Made by a program: the position numbers and the translations under genes
IMG/VR virus record: IMGVR_UViG_3300044998_000260
Coordinates: 21,309-85,308 of that record
DNA: 64,000 nucleotides
Origin: a virus
Reading direction: 5' to 3' (one strand)
In this document: positions 1 through 10,623 of the stretch, in pieces
Numbering within the stretch: the first letter of the stretch is position 1
How the letters are laid out: every line of letters starts with the position of its first letter
The notes under the pieces: generated by a model
Databases searched by the model: none
What the model was told of the DNA's origin: nothing
What the model saw: only the letters and a program-made list of their open reading frames with translations

Positions 1-1306
1 CATCGGTACGAACATCAAATTTGTATCTACGACCTTGTTGCAAATTGATTAATTTTCCCCATGTAATAAAATACGGGGCAGGGAGTTCACCATTAGCATA
101 AGCAATTTCAGGAATAGTTCGTACTAGTTCTGGCTGTATTTGTCTAGATTCAAATACACTTCTATTTGCATTTATTGGTCGAGGAATCCCGGCTTGTGAC
201 AATTGTGATGGACCATATCTACGTTCTACCCAACCATCTTCCTGAATTGGCGTAGACGGTGTAGGTGTAGGTGTGATTGGCGTACTTGGCGTTGGAGTAA
301 ACGGCGGCAATACAGGTGGCAACGGTTGCGGCTGCGGAGGTGCAGGTGGTGTCGGTGGCGGTGGTGGTAACGGATCAAAAATAGCTGAATTGCTCGTCAA
401 ATTGACAACACAATTTACTGCACTGACTCCTTCAGGATATGAGTCAATGACAGTAGGATCAAACAATACATCTACATCAATACTCGACGCTTTAGGCAAA
501 TCAAAAGTATGTGGATTGAAAGATACACCGGCCAAACCCAACATAGTCACCGTGATATCTACTTCCGATGAATTATTGCTCACCCGAATTTTTTCTTTTG
601 GAATATCACGCAAGGTACCTTTAATATACTGTCGATCAATTGTATATGCCGACAATGTTACCAAATCACGAAGATTAATGGTTCGAACGGTCGGTGGTGG
701 TGGCGGTGGTGGTGTTGGTGCCGGCGGAGATATTATAACCGGAGGGTTAACAGGTAGAACTGGATTAGTGCCCACCGGCGTAGTAACCTTATCATCCGGG
801 GGTAAAATTGGATTGGTGCCCACCGGCGTAGTAACCTTATCATCCGGGGGTAGAACTGGATCTTTTTTGTTAATTGGCGGAAAGTATCCATTATATTGAC
901 CGCCATTACTATTTTGGAATCGTCCTGCTAGTCGTGACCCATCAGGAAGTCTATCGAACCGTAACAAACCGGTATTAGCATCAACCCATGCGCCAATTTG
1001 ATCGGGGCCGCGTGTGTCACTATACCCTTTCATACCCGGAACGGGCTGATGAATTTCATTGAATCGACTACCGAACGGCCCTTCCACGCCCGTACCAGGA
1101 GGAATATCAGGTCTACCACCAAGTACAATTTGCGAAGGAGAAATGACGAGGCCAATATTTTGCTGCATTCGTTGAAATACTGCTAGATCTTCGGTGTATT
1201 TAGCCCAATCAATACTATACTGTGCCCAAGCAGCTAAATTAGTTGCTGGACTCCCTTCCGGTGGAGTTGGCGGTGTTGGTGGTGTTGATATTTGTATTAG
1301 TTCCAT
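1..1306 (-). CDS. Pro-rich protein, probably virion-associated; runs off left edge
   Basis: ATG at 1306 just after upstream stop; frame open to base 1; poly-Pro tracts and a 16-aa duplication P(V/I)LPPDDKVTTPVGTN (~760-860). Confidence 0.75.
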   Translation of the reverse strand, partial: MELIQISTPPTPPTPPEGSPATNLAAWAQYSIDWAKYTEDLAVFQRMQQNIGLVISPSQIVLGGRPDIPPGTGVEGPFGSRFNEIHQPVPGMKGYSDTRGPDQIGAWVDANTGLLRFDRLPDGSRLAGRFQNSNGGQYNGYFPPINKKDPVLPPDDKVTTPVGTNPILPPDDKVTTPVGTNPVLPVNPPVIISPPAPTPPPPPPPTVRTINLRDLVTLSAYTIDRQYIKGTLRDIPKEKIRVSNNSSEVDITVTMLGLAGVSFNPHTFDLPKASSIDVDVLFDPTVIDSYPEGVSAVNCVVNLTSNSAIFDPLPPPPPTPPAPPQPQPLPPVLPPFTPTPSTPITPTPTPSTPIQEDGWVERRYGPSQLSQAGIPRPINANRSVFESRQIQPELVRTIPEIAYANGELPAPYFITWGKLINLQQGRRYKFDVRTD

Positions 1307-1308
1307 TA

Positions 1309-2133
1309 TTATGTGACCTCAAATCGATTATCTATTTCACCACGGTCTCGCATATCCCGTACTACTTCTTGAATAGCTTCTGACATATATCGTTCAAGAT
1401 CTATCTCTTTAATATTACGAGTTTGTCTATCTTCTGCCATCTTATTTAGAACAATGGGATATGCTCGATCTAATACAGTAATAGTCATAATTTCATAGGC
1501 AACCATTGCATTAGCATACTTCAGACGAGCAGAGGTATCATTGATAAATATATCCGCGTCTAGTAATACCTTGTCAGAATCAAGTTGTTCTTCAGGAAGT
1601 GCGTCTAAACTTTGTCCAAAAGTCTGATCTATCAAACCTTGTGCAATCAATTTAGGAACAGACGGTACAGTAAACTCATAAATTTCTTGCATGATGCTAT
1701 TAGTTGGACGCGCCGCAGTTAACCGCAGTTCAGTACGATCTTCACTAATAGCTTCTAATGTGAGCTTTTCACCTGTTTCAGAACCAACTTCATTTCTAAA
1801 AATATTAACAACCAGTCCATATCGTCCTTGTTCTAAAGCTAGGCGACGAATGACATCACCAAAATCTATATTCAAGAATTCATATGCACCGGTATTATCC
1901 AAGGCAGTAGATAATCGGATTGCCGGGTCGTATACAGGCAATGTAATGTGGCCAGCAATTCTACCATCGGGAAAATAAATCCAAATTTCAATAACATCTC
2001 GTTCAGTAATACCAAAAAGAACCGGCTTTATTCCGGTTTGGAACTGTCTAGTATCAACAGAAGCAAGTCGCGATGGTCGTTCAAGAATAAGTTTGTCAGG
2101 TAACTTATCTGGAAAATTTAGTTGATTAGGCAC
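1309..2133 (-). CDS. hypothetical protein in virion module
   Basis: 274-aa ORF, tightly packed operon. Confidence 0.7.
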   Translation of the reverse strand: MPNQLNFPDKLPDKLILERPSRLASVDTRQFQTGIKPVLFGITERDVIEIWIYFPDGRIAGHITLPVYDPAIRLSTALDNTGAYEFLNIDFGDVIRRLALEQGRYGLVVNIFRNEVGSETGEKLTLEAISEDRTELRLTAARPTNSIMQEIYEFTVPSVPKLIAQGLIDQTFGQSLDALPEEQLDSDKVLLDADIFINDTSARLKYANAMVAYEIMTITVLDRAYPIVLNKMAEDRQTRNIKEIDLERYMSEAIQEVVRDMRDRGEIDNRFEVT

Positions 2134-2473
2134 GGCGCTGCCCCAATTGTGTGAATGCTCTACGTTGTGGACTAATTACACGTTCATATTGTGCTCTATT
2201 CCACCGTGGTGCATACAAATTAATAGCAAAATATTGTGAATTATTATTATTTGCGTCAACTTGTAGAAAGTCTGCAAAATCTCGTAAAATTTGATTGGGC
2301 AAAACATCCAATTGTTGAACGAGTGTTCTCTGTCGAAAACGATCATCAGGAGAAAACTCAATGGGATCATTCAAATAACCATCAGTAAATAACTGATCTG
2401 GATATCGTATTCGATCTACTTCACTCGGCGTTGCTACTGTGATGTTATTGAGTTGAATATTTTCCATTCCCAT
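2126..2473 (-). CDS. hypothetical protein
   Basis: 115-aa ORF overlapping both neighbours. Confidence 0.65.
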   Translation of the reverse strand: MGMENIQLNNITVATPSEVDRIRYPDQLFTDGYLNDPIEFSPDDRFRQRTLVQQLDVLPNQILRDFADFLQVDANNNNSQYFAINLYAPRWNRAQYERVISPQRRAFTQLGQRRA

Positions 2474-3534
2474 TAGACATTCTCTACAGTAAAGATGTAT
2501 CCGTTATCAATAATATGTTCAAATCCACCATCTACTACTTTGAACAATATCTTGTAATACCTTCCCGCATACATGGATTTTACTTTGAAATCAAAGAAAT
2601 TAACGGTTCCATCACAACTAATTTTTGAAAAGTCATCAAATGGAATTACTACAGTATTACTTTGTTGGTCTACAATACTAAAGTATGATGTTATCGGCAA
2701 TCTATTATTTCCAGCGTATGCAGAATACACAGTATCAAATGTCTTCTGAGGGTATCGTTCTCGCACCGATAGTGTCACTCGTACTGTTTCGCCAATTTTG
2801 TATTTTGGTTTTAAATTGCGAGGGAGTACAACCACATCACTTGGATTTGATGCCGACATTGAACCAGTCAAATATATTTGACTGTCCCATTTTGCCGACA
2901 AAGTTGGTAGATGAATCGTGTGACTATTTCTAGAAAAGAATCGAATGTTACCAGCGTTCTTTGTATCTGCTTCGGATTGTGTATCAAATCGTAACAAGAA
3001 TCCGTTATTTGGCACTGTGCCGGACACCCACGCCAATACTAAATTTGTAACATCAATTGATAGATCCTTCACGGGAGACGCAATGGACTTTGATACAATA
3101 GCACCAATTCCAATACTACCACTTGTTGACCATGTAGATCCACTTTCACGATATTTCCATGTTGTTCCATCATTTTCAAAATATCCGCCACTTGGATCTC
3201 GGCTAGACGTATACGGAACATTGGTATTTTGATAGAAATACCCCGTTCCCTCCACCCAACTTTCACTCACAGCTTGAATAAAAATTTGTTGGTTAATCTT
3301 GAGATCGTCAGCTCGAGCAACAAAAAGATTAAGATCAAATTTTGTATCAAGCGGAATATTACCTTCTACAAAACTACTTGAAATTTCTGAAACATCAAAC
3401 ATGATAAGTGACCGAATCCTTTTCGTTCCGGACTCGTCCTTACCAACTTCAAGAATTTCATCAAGACCTGTATTTTTCCAACTATACTTTTCGTATATCG
3501 AAGCGTCTTGTGTAGGAGAAAAGTGAATACGCAT
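2473..3534 (-). CDS. DNRLRE-like domain structural protein
   Basis: TQDASIYE..NTGLDEILEVGK..RSLIMFD and NNGFLL motifs; next to baseplate genes. Confidence 0.55.
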   Translation of the reverse strand: MRIHFSPTQDASIYEKYSWKNTGLDEILEVGKDESGTKRIRSLIMFDVSEISSSFVEGNIPLDTKFDLNLFVARADDLKINQQIFIQAVSESWVEGTGYFYQNTNVPYTSSRDPSGGYFENDGTTWKYRESGSTWSTSGSIGIGAIVSKSIASPVKDLSIDVTNLVLAWVSGTVPNNGFLLRFDTQSEADTKNAGNIRFFSRNSHTIHLPTLSAKWDSQIYLTGSMSASNPSDVVVLPRNLKPKYKIGETVRVTLSVRERYPQKTFDTVYSAYAGNNRLPITSYFSIVDQQSNTVVIPFDDFSKISCDGTVNFFDFKVKSMYAGRYYKILFKVVDGGFEHIIDNGYIFTVENV

Positions 3535-5474
3535 TACTGAACCGCCGAACCAATGATGTCTTTTTCAGGATAACGAACTTCAAAAATACACGGATCTAAC
3601 GATGGATAAATGACACCGCCTTGTGTTGCATCTTTGATATCATATAAGTAATCTTCATAGTCGGCACCATCGCGGAATCGGTATCGGTTAAATACATCCA
3701 CGCCAAGTACACTTTGTACACCCTCTACAGATGCAATTTCCATATACAAATCACTGAGAATGATAGGCTGATTAAGTTGCCATTTATCAATATTGAAAAA
3801 GTTGGCTACGGCGTCGATAGCTCGAGCCAATACCTCATTCATATTGTAGTTTTTATATACGCTAATTTTAAATCTCACACCAATATTAACAGGAAATGCG
3901 TCGAGAATACGTACCTCATCAGTTAACATTCGATATTGATCAAGATAGGTCTTAAGATTCTTTTTTGTATCAGGATTCAATCGCGTCAATTTCTTCTGTT
4001 GATTGTAACCCAACACATACATGTTAATAATACCTTGACCTGGGCGATTCTCTACAAAGATACCGTCAGGAATAATTTCTGCTTGATTTTGTGTTGCTCG
4101 CAAAATATTATTGATTTGTTCATCGCGAGTTACAAATACTTTTGATACACCGCCGTATTTTGGTGGCATGGCATATGCACGAACAATATAGTCTTCTACG
4201 GTAACCAATCGATTTTGTGCATTAAAAAACGCCAAGGCATTTTGACGAATTTCTTCAATGGTATCCTCGCCTTTACCTCCAGTAGCAGGCTCACTATTAT
4301 TTACGGCAATAGACCGAACCACTTCGTTCCACAAAGCACGTTCTTGTGGCGTAAATGCATTTACATCATTTATAGGTTCTACCGTAACTACTCGGTTAAT
4401 AGAGTTTGATGGAACATTTGATTCAATGCCGCCACCGACCGTATATGTTATCGTCATATCTATGTTACTTGGTGCCAATCCATATGACCGAGACGATAAG
4501 AAATCACTTGGATCAAGTGAGGTAGAAACTAGATTCGTTTCATATTCACTATTAGCAATTTTCTTAGATTCAAGATTAATTGAGTCGTCCATGTCATTAA
4601 TTACACCAGAACCAAAATTTATCTGTAACTTAAAATCTTCGGTATATCGTGTTACAAACCGTCGAGGTGTACGACGAATGCGAATCAAATATGTAGGAGG
4701 AACGCTAAAATCGGTATTATTGGCAGCAGCCGTGTTAATAACGTCCTCAAATATTAAATCTTGTGCCAGGTAATCTACTTCATACCAACGATTGCCATTT
4801 GAATCGGTGACAGACACTATATCAAGTACCTTTTCATCGGGAAGTTCAATTGATGTAAATCGTTCTGGATTTCCAAATGATTTCGTGTAAGTCTTAATAG
4901 TACCTGATACTACTTTGGCTTTCTTTCTGATCAGATATGTTAATGGACGATTATTAGTATCGGTAGCATATACCGTTATTTCGCGATCATTCGGATCAGC
5001 AAAATTAAGCTCTTGAATCGTTCGAAATGTCACATTTGTAAATTCGTCCGATGAAAACACAGCATTGGGCGCGAGACGTAAATAAAATCTTTCGTCGGGT
5101 TGATAGTTGCCTGTGATATCTTTTGCCGGACATAACTGAAATAAATCAACTTCACAAATTGCCGCCGTAGCAGGCTTTGTTTTATATCCAAATGCTTGTG
5201 CCATTGAAATAATATTATCACGTTCTTCCGCATATTGTAGTAGATTTTCACGGAAGTTTGTGTCAATATAATAACCTAATACATCGCCTACATAGGATGC
5301 CATTTCTATGAACATCATACCAGGAGAAGCTTCATTAAAATCCGTATAGGTATCAGGAAAATATACCTTAGCAAATTCTATGAGATTCTGGCGAAACTCA
5401 GGAAATGTTTTGCTAAGATATTTGATATCTCTATTTGACGGAGCAAATGACTTGTTAATTCGTCTAAGTGCCAC
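3534..5474 (-). CDS. baseplate wedge subunit (T4 gp6-like)
   Basis: YFPDTYTDFNEASPGMMFIEMASYVGDVL, GGKGEDTIEEIRQNA, RLVTVEDY. Confidence 0.85.
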   Translation of the reverse strand: MALRRINKSFAPSNRDIKYLSKTFPEFRQNLIEFAKVYFPDTYTDFNEASPGMMFIEMASYVGDVLGYYIDTNFRENLLQYAEERDNIISMAQAFGYKTKPATAAICEVDLFQLCPAKDITGNYQPDERFYLRLAPNAVFSSDEFTNVTFRTIQELNFADPNDREITVYATDTNNRPLTYLIRKKAKVVSGTIKTYTKSFGNPERFTSIELPDEKVLDIVSVTDSNGNRWYEVDYLAQDLIFEDVINTAAANNTDFSVPPTYLIRIRRTPRRFVTRYTEDFKLQINFGSGVINDMDDSINLESKKIANSEYETNLVSTSLDPSDFLSSRSYGLAPSNIDMTITYTVGGGIESNVPSNSINRVVTVEPINDVNAFTPQERALWNEVVRSIAVNNSEPATGGKGEDTIEEIRQNALAFFNAQNRLVTVEDYIVRAYAMPPKYGGVSKVFVTRDEQINNILRATQNQAEIIPDGIFVENRPGQGIINMYVLGYNQQKKLTRLNPDTKKNLKTYLDQYRMLTDEVRILDAFPVNIGVRFKISVYKNYNMNEVLARAIDAVANFFNIDKWQLNQPIILSDLYMEIASVEGVQSVLGVDVFNRYRFRDGADYEDYLYDIKDATQGGVIYPSLDPCIFEVRYPEKDIIGSAVQ

Positions 5475-5485
5475 AGATCTTCTCC

Positions 5486-5854
5486 TTAGAAGACGAGGGT
5501 AATACTATCAGTGATAGTTACGCTAGTATTGATGGAAAATGTAATGGTGGCAAATATTGAGTTTCTATTTTCATCCCGTTGTATTTGTACAGCTTCAATA
5601 TTCACATATGGGAGCCATATTTTTACAGCGGACTCAATAGTACCACGAACATTGGCTACATTATCATCTGTGATAGGTTCAAAAATAACCCTATGAATAT
5701 CACACCCAAAGTCAGGTTGTAAAACTCGTTCTCCCTTTTTAGTAAGTATCAAATTAGTTAGATTACTCTTTACTTGCGAAAGGATGTCTCGACCCTGAGC
5801 AAAATATCCGTTGTTACCACGTTCTAAAGGAAGTGTGATACCTAAATTAGCCAT
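5486..5854 (-). CDS. baseplate protein gp25/GPW-like
   Basis: VKSNLTNLILTKKGERVLQPDFGCDI..IKIWLPYV-type motif. Confidence 0.85.
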   Translation of the reverse strand: MANLGITLPLERGNNGYFAQGRDILSQVKSNLTNLILTKKGERVLQPDFGCDIHRVIFEPITDDNVANVRGTIESAVKIWLPYVNIEAVQIQRDENRNSIFATITFSINTSVTITDSITLVF

Positions 5855-6359
5855 TAAGTTTACCCATTTGTTGCATATGCTTCATTAACGCAGAATAATC
5901 ACGAGTAATAGCCGTAACAGTTTCGCTGTCTATAGGTAATTCATCGCTGTGGTCAAGAATAGATTCTACTTCGGAATTGTTTACCATAGAAGACGCGGTT
6001 TCTGCCAAAATATTACCTACAAGGCCGCCACCAAATGTTGATGAGTCTACACCAATTACAGATGGAGATTCTTGTATGGATCTCATTCGATCACGAATAC
6101 GTTTACGTTCTGCTTCAACATTTTCATTGGTTTTTTTTGAAACAGTTTTAGTAGGCATTGCTCGGGTTTGGGGTATATCAGGCCTTAGAATAGACGACAT
6201 TTTTGCCGGCGGACCCTTAGCGATGCCTTCTGCCAATAACGAAGCAAGAGCACCAGCCACGGCTTCCTGTACAAGAGGTTTCACCATTTTAGGAATAACA
6301 GACTTGAGTTGTTTAGAAACTTCAGCTTGTATTAATGCCTCAAATTCACTTTTTTTCAT
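5847..6359 (-). CDS. hypothetical protein
   Basis: 170-aa ORF in operon. Confidence 0.7.
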   Translation of the reverse strand: MKKSEFEALIQAEVSKQLKSVIPKMVKPLVQEAVAGALASLLAEGIAKGPPAKMSSILRPDIPQTRAMPTKTVSKKTNENVEAERKRIRDRMRSIQESPSVIGVDSSTFGGGLVGNILAETASSMVNNSEVESILDHSDELPIDSETVTAITRDYSALMKHMQQMGKLNG

Positions 6360-6362
6360 TAG

Positions 6363-7814
6363 TTATCCCTCTTGATATGGACTGATATTTCTTGCTTGCT
6401 GTGGAGGACTGTTGGTTCTGGTAGTAAAATTATCAAGACTTAGAATTCTTGCATTATTTTCACCACCAAGATATTGTTGTTTCCACTGTAAAAATTGTTG
6501 AATTCTTGAAGGATTTTGCGGCGATGGACTGCCAGGAACACCCGTAGTTTGTACAATCGGTTCAAGAACGAGGATTTGAATTAGTTTTTCTAATGCCTGT
6601 CTTAGTGTTGCTCCTAATACCAAAGGTTCACTTGTAGACGACTGAGTGCCGATATGAATCTTGGAACCCAAAAAACTAATACTTCGAGCCGAAAATGTTT
6701 GTGTATTTCCGGCAATTTGAATAATATTTCCCATTGCCGATCTATCAATGTTTCCGCCCACCGTCTCACGATAGTTCCGAACAACCCGGTCATTTCTATC
6801 TCGGGTAGTCCAAGAAATATGATCTTGGTCGGCGTCCATTGTAATATTTGCTTTTGTTGTCATATGAATGCCGTCATTCGTATCAACAATGACTCTCCGA
6901 CGGGCATTAATGACTACCAAACCTGTATTAGCGTAAATTCCTGCTCCATCAAACCGTTTCGGATAATCCGGGATACTAATTTGATGAATTGGGTGTTTAG
7001 TCGGTTTTATTGACTCAACTCGTAATGGAACAATTTGGTCTGTGGTCATCCACCATGAGGTAACATCTTTATTAATATCCTCAATGACTTGTCCAAATAT
7101 AGTATCTACGGTTCTAACCGCATCTGGATCTGGACCCACCCTAATAAGTAGATTCGGTTGTTGGTCTTTTTCTGTGGATTGCCACGGAATCTTTTTGTCT
7201 CTGGCCGTGGAGTTGACCTTGCCTCGCAGCCAAGCCGCTCCGAATCGAACTGTTTGGCCCGACCGACCTTCTAATAAGAAGTCGCCTTCAAAGTGCTTGA
7301 GGCGATATACCTTTTCTAAATCCTGAAAATACTCTCCTAGCGGCGGTTTTCCGGTAGAACCGACCTTTTTTGGTGCGACCGTTGATCGGTAGTCATCAGA
7401 TCTTTGAGATGCTGTATCTCCGGGGCCTGTTTCGGGAATAAGTTCCGGCAAATCTTGGGCAGTTACTCGGTTCGATACATTAAATTTAATTAGGTAATAC
7501 CATCGATTCAAACCCCGAAACACATATACAATCTCACCGATAAGAGGGTATTGACTGATATTTGCATACATCGGATACGCCCAGTCCAGTTGTTCTTCCG
7601 GTTTAAACGCATTGCTAGTAGTGCGTCGAAACTTTACCATGCCTACATTATATCCGTCTTTGGCATAGTCAGGATGTTCATTATTTACAATGACATCAGT
7701 GACAATGGCCTCTTCAAATTGATCATGTTGAACAGCAGATCCCAACCCGCTGGGCGGGGTGGGTTGAAATGGATTATAATTTCCGGCTACCGTAAAATTA
7801 CGAATTCTGTCCAC
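6363..7814 (-). CDS. putative baseplate hub/central spike-like protein
   Basis: 483-aa ORF; YPLIGEIVY in N-terminal region, beta-rich C-terminus; position; function is inference. Confidence 0.4.
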   Translation of the reverse strand: MDRIRNFTVAGNYNPFQPTPPSGLGSAVQHDQFEEAIVTDVIVNNEHPDYAKDGYNVGMVKFRRTTSNAFKPEEQLDWAYPMYANISQYPLIGEIVYVFRGLNRWYYLIKFNVSNRVTAQDLPELIPETGPGDTASQRSDDYRSTVAPKKVGSTGKPPLGEYFQDLEKVYRLKHFEGDFLLEGRSGQTVRFGAAWLRGKVNSTARDKKIPWQSTEKDQQPNLLIRVGPDPDAVRTVDTIFGQVIEDINKDVTSWWMTTDQIVPLRVESIKPTKHPIHQISIPDYPKRFDGAGIYANTGLVVINARRRVIVDTNDGIHMTTKANITMDADQDHISWTTRDRNDRVVRNYRETVGGNIDRSAMGNIIQIAGNTQTFSARSISFLGSKIHIGTQSSTSEPLVLGATLRQALEKLIQILVLEPIVQTTGVPGSPSPQNPSRIQQFLQWKQQYLGGENNARILSLDNFTTRTNSPPQQARNISPYQEG

Positions 7815-8181
7815 GCTGGACCTCTAACTTAGATTCAATTTTTACAATCTGATCATCTATTTCCGCAGCGTTTCTGAGAAGTTGTTCTTTCTCGGCATCA
7901 CTCAACAAAACTTCGTCGGCCGTTCCGGCATAAGACTGCGCCGTGACCATGCGTTGTACAATGGTAGCAACCTTAATGACCTGGTCATCGTTTTTGACGC
8001 CGACATCTATAAATTCTCGGATGATAGGCGCGAGTACAATAGCATCATCCTGAGTCTTCATCATGCCGACAAGCTGTGTAATAACACCATTTATGGTCGA
8101 ACGCTTGGTTAAAGCGTTATCGTGAATGTCCTTGAGAAGGTCAGAAAATCCTTTGCCTTCAAATACATCGGTATCTTTCAT
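7798..8181 (-). CDS. hypothetical protein
   Basis: 127-aa ORF with AGGAGG RBS. Confidence 0.75.
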   Translation of the reverse strand: MKDTDVFEGKGFSDLLKDIHDNALTKRSTINGVITQLVGMMKTQDDAIVLAPIIREFIDVGVKNDDQVIKVATIVQRMVTAQSYAGTADEVLLSDAEKEQLLRNAAEIDDQIVKIESKLEVQRGQNS

Positions 8182-8188
8182 AAAAAAA

Positions 8189-8220
8189 GCCCTCCTATAT
8201 GCTATAAATAGGAGGGCTCG
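8189..8220 (-). terminator. intrinsic terminator hairpin with late-promoter-like motif in its loop
   Basis: AGCCCTCCTAT/ATAGGAGGGCT stem + T7. Confidence 0.75.
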
Positions 8221-8233
8221 GAGATTTATTATT

Positions 8234-8986
8234 TTATTTGACCGTGTAAGAGAAAAACTTGTTTTCTGCTTCTGTGATTTCCCCTTCGGACTGGTACTGG
8301 TTGAGTTGTTTCATTACATGTGATCCCATTTTATTTACAACCTTGGTAATGTAACTAGATCTACAGTCCGTAATTTCTCTTATCATCAAATAGAGAGCTT
8401 TTTTATTAAAATTTTCAATTTTATCGGCTTTACGGAATAGTTCAATCACTGCATAAGCAATATCCGCATCCCGCTTTTTCTTGAAAACTCTTGGAATATT
8501 AGCATCCCAATAAGTAATCATCAAATTCACAAACTCCCGAAAATCTTGGCGTTCCTCGTCCGAGGAGACTTTCAGGTCCACTATTTCTTCAATTGGTAAA
8601 TGCAAATCATCATGCACATCAGACAAATATATCGTTCGCTTTTCTTGTTTGTATTCGTTGTTATTATTAAGAATTAGATAGTTCTTTGCAATAACGGAAA
8701 AATATGAGAATGATTTTGCTTTTGATGAATTATACTTGCCGAGATTCATTACTAAGAAACTAACAACTTGTTGTTTAATTTCTTCAAAGCTGTTATTGAT
8801 GTATGGAAACTTAAATCGGTTGATGATGTTCTCTGCCATCTTGTCCAATGGATAATCAAGATGTTCGACAAACAACTTTTCCCGTTCATCGGGATCCGAA
8901 GATTGATTGTATTGGTCTATAATTTGATCGAGATATTCAGGCCAATAGATTCTATTACTACCCGATCCCTTTTTACCCTTTGGCAT
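8234..8986 (-). CDS. late-transcription sigma factor (T4 gp55-like)
   Basis: FKFPYIN..KYNSSKAKSFSYFSVIAKNYLIL resembles gp55-family region 2. Confidence 0.65.
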   Translation of the reverse strand: MPKGKKGSGSNRIYWPEYLDQIIDQYNQSSDPDEREKLFVEHLDYPLDKMAENIINRFKFPYINNSFEEIKQQVVSFLVMNLGKYNSSKAKSFSYFSVIAKNYLILNNNNEYKQEKRTIYLSDVHDDLHLPIEEIVDLKVSSDEERQDFREFVNLMITYWDANIPRVFKKKRDADIAYAVIELFRKADKIENFNKKALYLMIREITDCRSSYITKVVNKMGSHVMKQLNQYQSEGEITEAENKFFSYTVK

Positions 8987-9287
8987 CAGTTTCCGGTGTC
9001 TGTTCCAGTCTGAACACTTCCAACGCCTCGACCATCGCTTTTAGTTGTCCAAATACAGACCCGACCTCATCATCTGTTTCAAAAGATCCACGAATATCAA
9101 TCTTTCTCATTTCTTCAATAGTATTTCGTAATTGAGTTTCTAATTGGTCGTTAAAAGCAAGATAAGTTTGTTCATTGACTTCATATAGTTCAATTTTATT
9201 TAGAGCGCGTCGTAATGTCAATATTAATCCGATTGATAAACCGACTAATAACAAAAGTACAACTGCCCAGAAAAATCCTATTTCCAT
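8973..9287 (-). CDS. single-TM coiled-coil protein
   Basis: N-terminal hydrophobic helix. Confidence 0.65.
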   Translation of the reverse strand: MEIGFFWAVVLLLLVGLSIGLILTLRRALNKIELYEVNEQTYLAFNDQLETQLRNTIEEMRKIDIRGSFETDDEVGSVFGQLKAMVEALEVFRLEQTPETDAKG

Positions 9288-9944
9288 TTATAATCCTCTC
9301 AAATCATAGTGAGCAAATCGCTTCATATATTCAGAAACATGCACACCATTACCATCATAAGTTCTGAAATTATATTGTTCTGGATAGAAAAACGCCAGCA
9401 CTCCGCCCGGCCCCACCAGGTGTGCGCCGGCTAAAATACCGGCTTTTGTGACATATACACCATTATATTCTACGCCATGATACTTCTTGATAAGACCTCG
9501 TAACGACCGAGCATTGTCTCGCATCCACATCAACATAACGGAATCTTGCAATTCTGGATTTTCTAAAAATTCTTCCTTAGATACTGTAACTCCCATCAAC
9601 CGGAGAGTTCTCGGATGAAACTGATACAATCCCAAATATCCGCTCTTACTGATCGTATTATACGATCCCAGTCCTTCAATCTTACCCATGTGTGCAAGAA
9701 ATGATCGTATATCACCGCGAATTTTTGGTCGTTTTACAACAACCTTCCCGGTAGTTTGCGGAAACGAAGATAGATCCGTCTTCCATAGTGGCGGAATCGC
9801 GTCGATTCTCAGTGACGGAACAGTATCGATTCCCGTAGACCATGTCCACCACATAGATTCTCTATGGGAATATTTGTAAGTTGCAATTGTCGCCAATCCA
9901 AAAATTGATAACAAGCAACACAGACGAACGAATTGATTTTTCAT
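9288..9944 (-). CDS. lysozyme-like/lytic transglycosylase with N-terminal hydrophobic anchor
   Basis: IEGLGSYN..SGYLGLYQF..FLENPELQD; ATGA overlap with upstream stop. Confidence 0.6.
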   Translation of the reverse strand: MKNQFVRLCCLLSIFGLATIATYKYSHRESMWWTWSTGIDTVPSLRIDAIPPLWKTDLSSFPQTTGKVVVKRPKIRGDIRSFLAHMGKIEGLGSYNTISKSGYLGLYQFHPRTLRLMGVTVSKEEFLENPELQDSVMLMWMRDNARSLRGLIKKYHGVEYNGVYVTKAGILAGAHLVGPGGVLAFFYPEQYNFRTYDGNGVHVSEYMKRFAHYDLRGL

Positions 9945-10543
9945 AGTAGTAAATGTGGTTTGGCTTCGGTAATACCAGCATTGGTAACAGTAACATATCG
10001 AGGCGCATAAGATTTCAACGATTCCGCACCTGCGTATGAACAAGCCGAACGAACTCCGTCTAACAAATCTTGAATGACAAAGTTTGCTCCGCCCTTGAAA
10101 GGAATCATCGTAGATTCGCCTTCAACATTACGTTCTGCCTGACCGTGGACCGACTTGGTTTCAAGTGAAGCGGCACCACGATACCGCTTGAATAGTCCTC
10201 TGGAAGTCTCTACAATTTTACCTGGTGATTCTTTTGTTCCTGCGAGTAGAGATCCCAGCATAACGGACTTTGCACCCACGGCTAGTGCTTTGGCGATGTC
10301 CCCACTAGTACGAATACCACCATCAGCAATGATGGGTATTCCTGAAGACTTGGCATGTTCTACACATTCTAAAATTGCAGTGACGTTTGGAACGCCAAAT
10401 CCCGTCTTGACGCGGGTGGTGCATAAAGAATTATGTACGACTATACCTTCAATGTTATATGAGTGATTGTCCTCAACCGTCAAGTCGTATACCTTTCCAA
10501 CATAATGCTTCCTTTCGATGGATGTTATTTTAACCAGCTTCAT
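9941..10543 (-). CDS. guaB: split-intein C-fragment + IMPDH/GMPR C-terminal half
   Basis: MKLVKI..VYDLTVEDNHSY..VVHN|SLCTTRVKTGFGVP..IADGGIRTSGDIAKALA. Confidence 0.92.
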   Translation of the reverse strand: MKLVKITSIERKHYVGKVYDLTVEDNHSYNIEGIVVHNSLCTTRVKTGFGVPNVTAILECVEHAKSSGIPIIADGGIRTSGDIAKALAVGAKSVMLGSLLAGTKESPGKIVETSRGLFKRYRGAASLETKSVHGQAERNVEGESTMIPFKGGANFVIQDLLDGVRSACSYAGAESLKSYAPRYVTVTNAGITEAKPHLLL

Positions 10544-10623
10544 AAAACCTCTTTTAGTTTATCTACAAATGTTCCATTTAAAATCTCAGTTTCCCACAGA
10601 CGAATCAGCTTAAAATTGTGTGA
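10540..10623 (-). pseudogene. C-terminal relic of Vsr/DUF559-like endonuclease
   Basis: SHNFKLIRLWETEILNGTFVDKLKEVL*, stop overlaps IntC ATG, no start codon. Confidence 0.55.

Noticed and set aside
273-899. Gly-rich plus-strand ORF
   Set aside because: Antisense shadow of the Pro-rich minus-strand gene
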